Shown: positions 46,959 through 60,229 of the stretch, piece after piece
Layout: the number at the start of each line of letters is the position of its first letter
Position numbering within the stretch: the first letter of the stretch is position 1
Assembly (NCBI GenBank): GCA_973895155.1
Contig: OZ316891.1
Coordinates: 13,857,037-13,921,036 of the forward strand
Length of the DNA: 64,000 nucleotides
Source of the DNA: Marsupella aquatica
Lineage: Eukaryota; Plantae; Marchantiophyta
Direction of reading: 5' to 3'
Notes under the pieces: generated by a model
Told to the model about the DNA's origin: nothing
Databases searched by the model: none
The model's input: the letters and a program-made list of their open reading frames with translations, nothing else
Translations under genes and position numbers: made by a program

Positions 46959-48272
46959 CGATAATTCTGTTGCAAAAATTCACGCAAATCGCATATCTGT
47001 TGCAGATCACGAAGTTCAATGATAGCTCAGACCGTGCTCTGAACTATTCGCCTCTACAAAACGTTCAAAACCTGCAACGCGAGAATTGAGCCCGATGAGA
47101 CTTCAAGGACGCTACCGCTGAAGTTACCGAGTGCAAACCGCACAAAACACGACGCAACAGAGCGCGAAAGATCCAAAGACGCCCGTCTTCCAACTCTACT
47201 CCTCCCCGCGCAAGAACGAAATTCTATCCGCCACAGAAAATCTCGACACGAATCAAACCCCACAATCACCCACCGATAGAAACCCGATCACAAGCCTTCT
47301 AGGGTACCGCCGGTATTCCCGCTCCCACCAACACACAGAATCAGAGCTCGAAAGGGCAAGCAATCAATCCAACACTGGCCCACAGCTGCGCAATGTGCAC
47401 CAAGCGAACCGCTGCGACGAGGGAGCAAAACGTAAACCTCCTGCCTACCACCGTCCTCGAATCTCACAGCACCCCCAAAGGCGGAGTTCTCGAACAGAAT
47501 TATTAGATACTCAGCGCGAAACTACTACTTATTTATTCACTCCTGACATGCACCACCACGAACTGCAAATCGTAGGAGGGGCGGAGGGGGCCAGGCGTCG
47601 AATGTCGAGTGCTGCAAAACTCAGCGCGGACGAAGTGACAGAGTGAGCACCACAAAGTGGAAAATCGTGCAAACGATTGGCAGGCGTCGAATGTCCATCG
47701 CCGGTAACGTGTGCCTGCAACTTTCTCTACTTATCCACTGGGCAGAATCCTACCGATCTCTCGCACTGCCCGACTGCGTCGCCTGCCGACACGCACTCTC
47801 CCGATCGAGCCGCACCGCCGAGGACAAGAACCTTCCCCCGGCTTTTCTTTAGTGTCCGGAAAAGAAACGATCTCTTCGGTTCGGCTGCCAGCAGTCTACA
47901 GTTAACTCTCTATAAGTGCACACTCCCACTCCTGGGGAACGAACACTCTCCAAGGTGTGCACTACGAGCATCTTCCACCCAACGGGGGTTTTTGTTAGGA
48001 TAATGGGTTTTGTTATTATAATGGGGTGTTGACCAAAGTCAGTAGAGAAAATGACGAAAGTCAGGTCCAGCAGTCAGGTTACTACTGTAGATCTCTACAA
48101 GGAAGAGATAATCACACTTGTTGACTCCTTAGTGGGTTTGTTGCTAGGTTTTCAAGTTTCAATCTATGGTGTTTTTCAGTAAATCAATGGGAGGAATATG
48201 CTTAATACACCCCCCTTCTGGAGATATTTTGCTTGATTAGCCCCCTGGAAACATTTTTGCCCCAATCCACCC

Positions 48273-48590
48273 CCTCTTTATGATCCGTACCCTTTGTTCT
48301 TCTAAAAGTTTACAAAGTGAGTTTCTGCCTTACAAAGACCAAACTGGCTTGGGTCACTTGTCAATGTAACCATTGCAACCACGAACCATGCTCAAAATCA
48401 CAGTGACCGAGCGTTGTCGAGCCACAAACGTGCCCCAATTGACCTCCTCTTTATGATCCGTACCCTTTGTTCACAAAGTGAGTTTCTGCCTTACAAAGAC
48501 CAAACTGGTTTGGGTCACTTGTCACTGTAGCCATTTCAATCACGAACAATACTCAAAAACACAGTGACGGAGCGTTGTTGAGCCACAACC
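48273..48590. repeat. ~170-bp degenerate tandem duplication
   Basis: TTTATGATCCGTACCCTTTGTTC...CAAAGTGAGTTTCTGCCTTACAAAGACCAAACTGG...GAGCCACAA occurs twice. Confidence 0.9.
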
Positions 48591-49308
48591 ATTCCCGGGC
48601 CGCAAACTGAACTGTAGGCATTGAATGTTTGCGCTGCCTGTACATCTACATTGGGGTTATTCTGATGCAAAGACATTGACATTCCCTCATTGAGCTACTA
48701 CCTCCATTCCCTAAATTCAGTGCTTAGCTTCCTAAGTGCAATTATGAACTCCACGAAGAATGGGCATGTATTCATTAGCAAATGCAATTTTAGGGGATCG
48801 CGTGAGTTTACCCATCAGTGCAGATAGACACTTATCAAGGGTATGAGTTGAGTTGTCATTTAGCAAAAACATTCCAGGCCTGTGTGCGTTTAGAAAAAAA
48901 TAGAGAAAAAGTGCATACTTCGTGTAAAAATCAAAGGAACGAACAGGATGCCCTGCACTTAACCAGTTATTGCGCTTATGGAGGGTACCCTTAGACAGAG
49001 CGCCGACTGTACTTACACTACGCCTGTAATCACTGCACTGCTGCGTCAGCGCTGATCCACTACGGAAAAGGCGAATGTTGCTGATGAGTCACGAACTCCG
49101 GTTTCTGCCGTCTGACGTCTGACATCGCCACTCAATGTCATGCTGACTGCTGACGGTGCAAACGAGGAGTTGGTTGCAATTTGGAAACTTGAGTGAAAAG
49201 GGAGGTTTCAGATCGGAAAGTTTCCGGATGAGGTTCGCGCATGTCGTGCGCGAAAAGTTAATTCCTACTTTCAAAATCATAGCACCGTTTGTTTACTTTC
49301 AGATAAAC

Positions 49309-49450
49309 CTATCCGTTTACTGTTGTTTCCTCTAAAACTGGAGGACTATCCGTTTACTGTTGGTTCCTCTAAAACTGGAGGACTATCCGCATACTGTTGT
49401 TTCCCCCATAACTGGAGGACTATCCGCATACTGTTGTTTCTTCCGAAACT
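49309..49450. repeat. 37-bp minisatellite, about 3.8 copies
   Basis: CTATCCG(TT/CA)TACTGTTGTTTCCTCTAAAACTGGAGGA-like units start at 49309, 49346, 49383 and 49420, with no spacers. Confidence 0.95.
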
Positions 49451-50977
49451 CGAGGTTTCTCTTTCATGGACCCCAAACCAAACTTTTATCCCGGCTAACC
49501 ACTTGACATTTTGGGTACATTGATTTGAGGCCTATGGACAGGTGAGATCATTCATGGAGTCAAATAACACTTTTTATTTTGGGGTCCATCCAACACGTAC
49601 CTCTTGAAACTTTTATGATTCAATGCGAATTTGATACATTTATTTAACAGACCCCACAATGAAAGTGTTATTTGATGGACCCCACTAATGCCATGAGTGA
49701 TCAAACCAATGATAAAGGAGAACAATGACCAATGATAGACCTTAGACCATCACTAGCCATGACAAAAATCAGGTTTCACCATATAGCATGCTCATAAATA
49801 GTATCGTTTCCTGAATCTGTGGAGCAATATGGAACTGGAAAGGAGAACAATGAGAGGAAAATGAAAAAGGGAGAAGTCTTGAACACTTCACTTTTTTAAA
49901 CAGCTACTGGCAATTTAAACAAAGATACCCAAATACTCATGGTTGGTTATGGAGAGTCTTGGTGTCCATCAAGTAAAAGTTTTTGGAATTTTGAAGCAAA
50001 GCTTTCCTGATTTATAAATTTTGGTGGAATTTCCATTTCTGACAACTTTTGGAATCCTGTTACTTTGCTGTTTCCCTTGAATCTACCGTCGTTATGGACA
50101 TTATGGACCAAAAACTTGTAAATTCTGATGCGATATTGCATTTCAAAGTGTTGTAGTCATAAATGTGCAACATCTTTATAGATGTGTTCAAACCCCCCCT
50201 TTGAGATCGTAGTTCTGAGCTGTGCATTTTAAAGCATTATTTGACTGTGGCTAAGTAGCTAAGGTCAGATGTTACAAAAGCAATCCAAACTTCTAAAGGA
50301 TCTATTTTGATCTGTACACACTTTTGTGTGACTTTGATCAAATAATTTTTCTTAGTGCCCAATCATTTGTCTTGTGCATGCTGACACTTAGATGCACCGG
50401 GTCATCTCTAGTTAAGGTGGTTTACTTTTGTGGTGAATGCTGATAATGACTAGAATTGGTGATTTAAACAATAATTGAGAAACGTTCTATAGATAATTGT
50501 ATTCCCTTCACTACAAGCTAATAGATTTCATTTCAGATTATTGCGTAATTCACCAATAAAGATCTCTATATTGTAATTTTCCAATGCTTAGAAAAAACAT
50601 TGTGTACACTGATAAACAGCTGGTTACGTCAATGTGCTTAGAAGGTTCCTAAACATCAATTATAAATTTACTCCCAGGATTCACAAGTACTACTTCACAT
50701 TTGGTCACTCAGACATAAACTACTAATAGACTTATCTGCAAAGGTTGTGACAGTTTGAGGTTTTACTGAAGATTGTCCAAAACAGAACCTATCCCAAACT
50801 TGCTTTATGAGACATGATAGAATGACAAAACTACACAAAAAGAAACATTCCCATGGAAACTTTTTTGACAACCTAATCAGTATATCAAAGTTTTCATAAA
50901 AAAGTACCCACTGAAAAATATATCAGAATTTATAAATCAAGGAAAAAAAATACAATCACTTTTTAGTTATAATTTCC

Positions 50978-51137
50978 TTTTCTTGGTTTCTAGGGGTTCC
51001 CTATTGCTCACTTCTTTTAGGTGTGTTTTTTTCATTTGGGTACTCTTTTGTTTGTTCTTTTGTATTCTGTTTGATTCTTTTCTGTAAAAATTTTGTATAT
51101 TAAAAATAAAAAAAGGAAAGAAAGGAAAGAAAAAGAG
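50978..51137 (+). repeat. Second copy of the retrotransposon 3' end, with an A-rich tail
   Basis: TTTCTTGGTTTCTAGGGGTTCCCTATTGCTCACTTCTTT...CTCTTTTGTTTGTTC...TGTATATT matches 52385-52563 and is followed by AAAAATAAAAAAAGGAAAG. Confidence 0.8.
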
Positions 51138-51219
51138 CACCAACACATACAAACGTAATGTGTTTCGGGGTAGATACCATAATTAATGTTTTTACAGAAC
51201 CCGTTCTTTCCAAAATTTC

Positions 51220-52563
51220 TTGCCCATACAGGTGATCTCAATGTCTTTGGCAATAGAGCGCCTTGTAGAGGAGGGTTCCTCATCAAGGTTACTTTCATCT
51301 CTCATGGAGGTAGAGGAGGGTTCCCTCCCGTTTCAGGTTCATTTGCGCGCAGCGCGGTCCTCATTACCAGATCCCGTTCGCGCCGCGTTACCTTCTTTCT
51401 AGGAGTTTTTATCCTTGGATCCCGTTCGTCTTCAGGCAGACCTCGCTGGGCGTATGCCCACTTTCACCCTTTCCAGCATCCTCTCCGAGGCACCTGACAC
51501 GGACCGAGCTCGGATTCTTTCTTCCGGAGGGAAGGGCGCAGGTGGATGGCTTCAGGCCAATCCAGTCATTCCTCATTTGCGGATGTCTTCAACGGAGTTC
51601 TCCACAGCCATGCGTCTTCGTCTGGGGCTGCCCCACCCACTTCTTGCAGGGTTACCTCCTTCTTGCACTTGTGGGAAGCCTTGTGATGCCACAGGTGTCC
51701 ATCTTCTTCGGTGCAGTTTGGGAGGTGAAACCATTATTGTTCACGACACTGTGCGAGATGCGACTGCTCAGATTCTCTCTGGCTCTTTGGTATGCGTGCG
51801 GCGGGAGGTGGTACTCGAGTTACCTGGTCCTCCATCACAGCGGTTACGGGTGGATCTTACCATGGTCCGTGAGGGTCAACGTACTTTGGCAGATGTTGTG
51901 GTGGCAAACCCATTGCGCCAAGACATCATTGGGACAGCGGCAACTACGTCAGGGGCAGCAGCGTCACGTGCGGCAACAACGAAGGAGGCCAAATATGTTG
52001 CACGAGCTTCATCCGACAGCTTCCTCCCCCTTGCTGTGGAGCTATTTGGGCGTCTTCATCCTCAGTTTGATGGGCTTCTTCGGCAAGCTGCCCGGGATGT
52101 TCATGGCCGAATGGGTCCCACCGGACCCCCGCTTTCTATTTTGACCACGCACTTTCGCCAACGCATTTCAGTCACCTTACAGCGTGCTCAAGCTCGGGCC
52201 ATCTATCGTCGATCTCTTACAGTGGGTGCTAGTGTGCCTCCGCAGCGGCTAGCTCCCCTTGAGGATGTTCCAATCCCACTTGCCGATCTAGTTTTGACTC
52301 TTGATGTGGACCATTAGCTTTTTGCCACAATCGGTAGGAATGATGAGGACCTCGGTCCGCTTGGGTAAGTTTTAGTCTCTCTCTCTTTCTTGGTTTTTAG
52401 GGGTTCCCTATTGTTCATTTCTTACTTTTAGTTCCTCTTTCTTGGTGTTTAGTGGTTCCCTTTTGCTCACTTCTTTTTCGATTGGTTTTGTCCACTTGGG
52501 CCCTCTTTTGTTTGTTCATTTGTACTCTGTTTGGTCCCTTTGTATATAAAAAGTGTGTATATT
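51220..52563 (+). mobile_element. 5'-truncated non-LTR retrotransposon with a restriction-like endonuclease (CRE/R2-group type); the RT domain is missing
   Basis: ORFs 51220-51402 and 51415-52317 are in the same frame, separated by one TAG. Motifs: AGGWLQANP, F..AMRLRLGLP, zinc knuckle CTCG...HLLRC...HDTVRD, REL endonuclease RVDL...ADVVVANP...KEAKY...FLPLAVELFGRL, and RQRISVTLQRAQARAI. A T-rich 3'UTR follows. Confidence 0.85.
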
Positions 52564-55500
52564 TCATCTCTCTTGTAGCTTTAAACAGATAACATAGGAT
52601 TGGATTGGTTCAGTCTTCCACGCCAGCTTGTCTGGAAATGATAAATATTAGGCAGATGTTTATATGTAGACTTCCAACAACACAAGAAGTTATGTCCTTT
52701 AATGCAAGAGGCTGCCTGTCGTTGCACCACATCAGTGGCTTGTATCACAGATAGACCAAAGAACTGAAACTCAAAAAAGATCACGCAACAACAAAATGGG
52801 GCGATAAAGTACCTTCATGTAACAGTGTCATTACTTTTTGAATTATAATAAATAATTTGTTTTTAATATTTAATTTATTTCCTTAGAAAAGGATAACAAC
52901 ACTAGCCTTTAAATCTCCACTGGGGCCTACAATCGATCATTGGTTAACAAAGGGGAAAGTACACAACAGTCACAAAAAAGGTACATGTTGTCAGATTTCT
53001 TAAATCAACTAATGAAGTCACACACAAATTTGAAGACAAATGGATGTTCCATGATTTTGGGATGACCCTTGTCAAACCAATCAAATGAAAGAGATTGAAG
53101 GAAAATAAAAAGTGATTCAAAATTGGGCAACCAAAGAAAGAATAAAATGGTGGGAGGTTTGTTGAGCTAAGATGTCATTCGCAACAACCATATAACCATG
53201 ATTCATTCTATGCTTACGTAGTTGACACAATCCATACGTGGTTCACTTCTTCTCCTAGGCTACGTCCACACTAACACAACAACTTTATTTCAGAGTAATC
53301 AAACACACAAGTTCTCTCTCTTCCTCAAGTTGCTTTGTTACAATGAGCAAGCACTACATGCCATCGGTTTACACTAGCCCTGGTATATGTAAGGTCACAC
53401 ACGACTAACCTAACCTCAGCTAAGTCCCTAACTGAGGTTAACCTAATTACCATAACCTTTAAGTCACAAGACTACGAGCAATCCTTAACAAAGTTGTGGG
53501 TGCACCATGGAGGTATATGGGGTTGCAACTTTCTGTTTAGTTGAGCTTTAGCTTAGGGTTAGCCACTAATCATAAAGTTTGATAAGTTCATTAAGTGAAT
53601 AAATTGAAGTCTAGTGATGAGGTATTGTGGTCTTTTCACTATAATTAGTGTGACTAACTTTAATTCACAAGAAAGGACCAGTTTTCAGGGTCTACTCGCA
53701 AATCAATGTTAGACACACTAATTGTGTGCTAACTATCTCCGTGCAAATGAATTAGTGTTACTGCGGTCTCAAGAATACAAAATAGAGGGAAGAAACTATT
53801 CTGAATCCACAAGTATTACTGTTACTTTGGACTCAAGATAATCCATTTTTTATTAGCAAGTTAAACAAGAGTGGAAGACAACTATTCTGAAAAACCCATA
53901 AAAAATAGTGTTACTTGGACTCAAAATCACTTTCATCAAATTTAGTGTGAGTAACAGTAATTTTGAACTAAAGTCAACTCTTGCATAACACCAACTAAGG
54001 TGAACAGTGTAAGTTTTTTTTTGCATGAATTGCATAAAAAATCCAGCAAAGGGGACTTGCAATACAAGATATAAAAGTGCAAACCATTCATTCAATGTTC
54101 ATGTGTCATAGTGTCATAAGCTTTGGGAATGGATATCTGTTTTACTCCATTGGGAACCTTTTTGGTAGTGTCAAAGCATCATCCCGCATTATCAACCATC
54201 ACAATAAAAACTATACTTAGGCCACTCTCAAATCCCACCGGATTTATTCTCTGTTTTATGAGGGACCTGAACCAGCGAATGCCCTCAAGGGTCAGCTATG
54301 GAAAATATTTGAGGTCTACCTAGTATTTACTTGTAAGTATTATTGCAGTCACAGACAGCCTTGGATCTTTCTTGATCTTAATGAGAACAGCCACCAGATC
54401 TTTAATTAGTTAGAGGACCCCTTGGTTATGTAAGTTTGCTTTATTGAACTATTTGGGGCTATGAAGAGTGCACATTGGAATAGATAGATGAGAGGACAAA
54501 GATTAGATGGAGAATTCTAAATGAAGTGAATTTTGAAGATAGTTAGCACAATTTGACTGAAGACAAATAGGATTACATTCATGGTGATTGTGAGGGTAAT
54601 TCTCCGTGCACAATGTTTTCCTTAGTACCTTTATGTCCATATCATTGATGTAACATTCCATATAGTTCATACAAAATATTACTTTTGTCCATAGTTGCTG
54701 AAAGGTCTAAGAGTCCCTTGGTATTCCTCTACCCATAGTAGTTATCGTGTTTCCTATCTTTGCTTGTTAGTCCTCGATCCATAGGATCAAAAGGGTTTCT
54801 TAAGTTACCTTGGTAATGTTAGAGAAGTTGAAAAGCTTCTTGGGTTTTTAATGTTACCTTGGTAAATGTTAGAGTGGTAAATGAAGAGTTTCTTTCTACT
54901 TGTCATTAATTCAAAAATGTGTAAATTAAATAGAAAATTGAAACATATTACCAGAAAACACTAATATATCAAGAAAATGAAGGCCAGATAGACCTCTAGG
55001 TTTATCAAAATACTCCCATGTATTTTTGCAACTCAGATGGACCACATTGTCGTGGCAGGGAATATTTTCAATTAGTCCATCGCAATTGTATTGTTTCTGT
55101 CTACTGTCCATGAGAGCATTATTTTGAATATATCAATCATAACTCATCTGAAGATTATTGGTTTTCTTTCACCCTTATTTTACCATTTTCTTTATTTACT
55201 GAATTATTATTTTTCAGGTTTCCATTGATTTTATAGTTACATGGTCTAATTGTTTTTCTGTACTTGCCTCAAACAACTAATAATAAAATTTATTTCTTCT
55301 TACACAAGGAATGATTCTTGTTTGTGACAAATTATGCTAATGTGGCTGCATGTGCAGCTAGGAATTTTATAATTAACTTCCCATGAGTGCCCGTAAAGAT
55401 CTTGCAAATTCAATTGCAACAAATTGTGGCAAATTTCCTTAATTTTTGACACTCTTCTGTTTCTTTGTATCATTCAGCCCCTAGCTGGAGAAGGGAAGAT

Positions 55501-56869
55501 TTTTGCAATATTTACCGAGTTAAATTATCAATGCACCCTCTTCTAGATTGTACAGAATGGCTTTAGCCAATGATAAATTTCTATCCCTTATTTCTACTGG
55601 ACTAAATTTCAGGCATTTGGACTTTTCCTTTGAATTTGTCCTTTCTGAGACTCAATGCAATTTGGATTGACACCTTTTAGCAAATTGGTCCATTTATTCT
55701 TCTCCACTGCAGCCAAAATAAGCACAGTATTGACCATCATATCATGTGATCATATTATCGTCATGGAAAAGCGAGACATCATATCCAATCCCGAAAGTTT
55801 CTCCTGAGGCGGCGAAATTCCTGCATCTGTTTGGTAGTGCAGTGCAGAAATAATAATGGGACTGTACAACTTGCCTTCCTTAATGAATAAATTAAATTTT
55901 CCCAGGTACAGTTGAAGAATCATTTTGCCCCTCAGAAATCAACGCTCCAAACAGACCGCATCTCCACGTGTTCGTAGGGTTCAGGTGGATCGCGGGCGGT
56001 CGGTGCGGAGGGGAGATCTGAACCGTATAAATTCCAAAGATTTATTAAATTTCCCAGTTCTTGCGCCTGTCGATATCCACCTGCCACCTCAGCTTCAATG
56101 ATGATGTGGTGCGTGTGCATTGGCCAAAAAAGAATAGACGAATAGGAAAACGTTGTGGATGGGCCTCTTACGTGGCAAACCTGCAAAGGTCACTCGTGAT
56201 AGCACTCAAAGAAACTTGGAAAGTGTGGCCCTAGCCTAATTTTTAATGCTTTTCCTTTGTAGCCAGGTGCAGAATGTCACCTAGTGTGAAGGACAAGATG
56301 GTAAGAAGATTCCTTATATTGTTTTATAGGATTAGTATCTGATGATTATATTTCCTTGATTTAAAGCTAATGATCAGATTTTGGCTAGTGGGGTCTTGGC
56401 TAGGTCAAAAATTGGGTATGAAAAGTAAGCACTTTAGTGAATGTTCTCAACGGGGAGGAATGCTTTTAAGTGAGAGGAATCTAGTCAAAAACCATGGTGA
56501 CACTGAGCCTAAGTTTCACTCACAAGTTATCTCATGATCAAGTATATAACAAGTAGCATGTCTAGCCTTTATCAAGTATCTGACTATGGTTACACTAACT
56601 ATGACTACAAAACAAGTCTAAAACCAAAAGTAAATGTCTGACTATGGTTGGACTAATTACTGTGTGCAAAGTAACTCTAGACGGAAGAATAAATGCCTAA
56701 AAGTGCAATACTCAGCCATTATAAAGCTCAATCTCATTGTAATATAAATTCATACTAAGTAAAGGGCCAAGTGAAGGCTATGGCATTGAAATTAATAATT
56801 GTATTGAGTACTTGAATGTATGATGGTTCTACTGAATGCATGTGAATGTGAATGTTGGTCTTTGTCTCA

Positions 56870-57167
56870 GGGGCCTCAATCCAAGGGGTATCCTATATCA
56901 CTCGCAAAATTTTGGGAGAACAAACACCTTAAAACTTACGTCAATAAAGTTTGTTGAGGATTTTTCTACCCCTAACTTAATAGAATATTCTTGGAATATT
57001 CTCAAATTTAGTTTTAAGAAACCCTACGATTCTTATAATTCTCAAAATGGGATTAAAACAACCATAATGTTCTTCAACAAAAATTTCAGTCTTTCACTAT
57101 ACCCAAAAAAAACAAGCTTATTTGCACATGATGGGTTGGAAGAAAAGAAGTGAGGGATCCCGGGGTC
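56870..57167 (+). repeat. Dispersed ~300-bp repeat family, copy 2
   Basis: Shares the conserved blocks of 8300-8600 in the same order and orientation. Confidence 0.75.
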
Positions 57168-58770
57168 TTTGTCTAGTATGGTAAAGGGAAATCCAAAAGA
57201 CACAGTCAAGTCAGGGTTATAGTTTGTGCTGTCAAACAGGATGCAGGAGCTAATGCACAACTCAGCATGGTTTAATGTAACACTTAACTTCTACTTAATC
57301 TCTATCTGCCATGGGGAGGTTCCAATCTATGAGGACATTGACACACTGAAGTGCAGGAGAAGTCATGGGGCCTCAACTTATCAAAGCCATGATAGAATCT
57401 AACTAACTTTTTATAATTGGTTCATGAATAGGTAGCATACTGGTTCATGGAAGCAACCCATTATAAGTAACATCTTTTTATTAACCTTTCCCCCAAACTG
57501 TTTGATATTATAAATGCCCCCCAAACTAAACTAATTATCAACCTGTCCCCCCTTCCCCCCCCCCCCCCCCTTGTCCCCCATTTTGTACTCGGGTTCGTAT
57601 TAACTTGTATACGGGTTCCTGCTGGCATGTGACAAGTGAGTATTGGCTAGCCTTAACCTGCCCCCACCCCCTCAGCCTCCCCTTCCCCACTGCATTTTCC
57701 TGAGTAAAAGTGAGGGCCAAAAGTGTTGGGTTTTGTGAGGGGAGAGTGGTTAGTAAAAAGCTATTATAAATAATTGATATAATTTTTATTTGGCAGAAAT
57801 TAATTTTCCAATTTGCCTGAAGGGCCCATAATAGGCAAGACAAGTCAAATTAAATCATTGACACGCATGTCCAGCTCTTATTGGTCCATGTGTATACAAA
57901 ATCTTATGTAGTGCAAATATATGCAGAAAGGGTTAGGGTTAGGGTGAGGGCTTGGTGTGAGGGCCTGGCCTGGGCAGGGTTATATTGGGAGGAGTGGACC
58001 TTTGTCCAATACTTTTACTGAGGCCAAATTACAGACCGCTGCACAGGTATGTCTCTTGCCTATGTAGAGAAGAAGGGGCATTGAGGAAGAGGATAATCTT
58101 TGAGCCTAGACCTTTTATGGCTGCCCTAACTATTGACCATTTTCTCCCTCTCCCTCTCTCTCTCTCTAGTCCTTGACTCTAGTGTCTCATTGTTTCTTGT
58201 AGTTATAAAACTGGATATCCATTTTTATTACTCAAAAAAGGCTAAATAAAAAGTAGCTCAATAGCTGTTTAGGCTCAGAATTGAACCCTTCCCCTTAGTT
58301 CCCATCAACCACGCACACCAGTGTGATAAGTGAGAACAGTGATAAAACTGTAACAGTAGGGAGTCTCAAACCTTGGGATTTATGAATGATTGCATTCAGT
58401 CAATAGGGAGTCTCAAACTTTGGGATTTATGGATGGATTGCATTGGGCCATAAAGAATAGGTCATAGCTTTTTCACAAGACTAAAGGTTTTTTTTCTTTC
58501 TTTCACCAGTCTCTAGAATGACTAATGGTTATAGCAAAAAGCCTATCCTTATGGCAAAAACTTATAGACTATAAATACTGTAGTCCATAAATTTGTGTCC
58601 ATAACCCATAACTATGGAGTTAAGATACATCAAATTGACAACTTAGATCTCACTAATGTATTAACCTAATATTAACTACATGTATTACTTTCAAAGGCTG
58701 AATGAATAGTACACGGACAGCTCATCGTTGTGTTGTCTCTTAACATTCATACATCTTACTGAACCAATTC

Positions 58771-58896
58771 TGGTTTACTTTTGTAAAAAGTTCATACTAT
58801 GATCGTCCTCCCAATTTGCTACAAGACAAACGGTGGTTTACTTTTGTAAAAAGTTCATACTATGATCGTCCTCCCAATTTGCTACAAGACAAACGG
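58771..58896. repeat. 63-bp exact tandem duplication
   Basis: TGGTTTACTTTTGTAAAAAGTTCATACTATGATCGTCCTCCCAATTTGCTACAAGACAAACGG at 58771 and 58834. Confidence 0.95.
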
Positions 58897-60229
58897 ACAA
58901 AATACTGAAACAAGTTGCAGGATGAACATGCTCTAATAATACATACATGCTATATATAAGAGAGCCTCCACTAGTGGGTCAGGCCAAATAGTTCTGGCCC
59001 TCGCTGTCCGGAGGTAGAGAAGGGCGAGTAAACAGAGGCAGTGGCGCGATACGTGTGGGCCTGACCCTTTTGCTGAGACATAGGGAGCCAAAGCTTAGAG
59101 TTCATTGAGGAGATAAAATAGTTTTCAGGCCGCACTTCCGTACCAGTACCCTGTCCTACTACGGGTCGACAAAAGTATGGGACACCAAACCTGGTAACAT
59201 GGCCGACACAGATCACAGTTTGAAGGACAACACACCAAACGAAGGAAATGAGAAGGTTTGAAAGTCCAACCTTGACTGTTCTTATAAGGCAATCGGTTAT
59301 TATGAATGTAATCGATCGATAAATGGTTTTTTGCCCACGAAGACAATCGAGAGTACCCAGAAATGGCCCATGCATCAACAGCCGCGCTGGGGAGATACAG
59401 GCGAGAGGATCTGAGATTATTGAACACAAACATCTCCGTCAGGACTGGAACGCAGCAAATAGGGCAGCAACTCGCTATGTCTCATAGAAAGTCCAAATAA
59501 TTACCATGTTCACGACGCTGAATGAACACCACACAACTAAGTGCCTCTATCAAATTTCTCTATGTCAGGGGCCCATCCGGACAAAAAGTATGGCAGCCTT
59601 ACCAACAAAGAATGAGTATATAATGCAGAATCAGTCACTTCATCAAAAGGTCAACTTTCACCCTGGGATACAATCTGTAGATATTTCACCATGAGCAATG
59701 ATGATAGCCGAACAAGAATCATCGCAAATATTACAAGCTTTACATGAGTCCGTAAGGACCCGAGTAAAATGTCGGATAATCAAGGGGCTAAACTTCGCTG
59801 GCCTAGGTGAAGCCTCCGGAATAGTGGCCCCTGTGATTGGCAACCACACTGAAAACTTATCCATGCTTTTCCTACAGGAGCTAGCACTAGTATGGGTATA
59901 GAAACCATCGTTTCCAGTTAAGTCACTTTAAGCAAATCAGGCCACGTGACCTTATACACAGGGTTGTGGTCATCGAGATGATTGTGCACCCTGAGGCCAG
60001 TCCAAAAAGTCTATCTCATGTTCAGTTGTCCAGGCTATATCAGCTGAAGGCCAAACAGCCCTAACAAGCCTTGCCTCACTAACTGGGGAACAAAACACCG
60101 CTGTAAGAACCTAACGAATAAAATCTGTCGACAGACAAAAGTTTCGGAGCTAAAATCGACTCAAGTTACTATATGACTGGTACAACGCATCTGATACAAG
60201 AAGTGCCGCTATGACGGTCATTAAACTTT

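Noticed and set aside
47131-48003. Plus-strand ORFs (171 aa, 108 aa) upstream of the DnaJ gene
   Set aside because: They are antisense to the GC-rich DnaJ leader and promoter, where stop codons are rare, and show no protein motifs.
48188-48280. Sequence resembling a Mutator TIR start (GGGAGGAATATGC...TACACCCCC)
   Set aside because: I could not find a matching opposite terminus or target-site duplication in the window.
49309-49450. 37-bp repeats of CRISPR-like length
   Set aside because: The units are contiguous with no spacers, there are no cas genes, and the context is eukaryotic.
51542-52144. 200-aa overlapping ORF inside the retrotransposon
   Set aside because: An alternative-frame by-product of GC-rich coding sequence, with no motifs.
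58971-59901. ORFs downstream of the NPSN stop, including a hydrophobic stretch near 59680-59760
   Set aside because: No SNARE-like similarity or convincing splice sites for an alternative transmembrane exon; probably 3'UTR.
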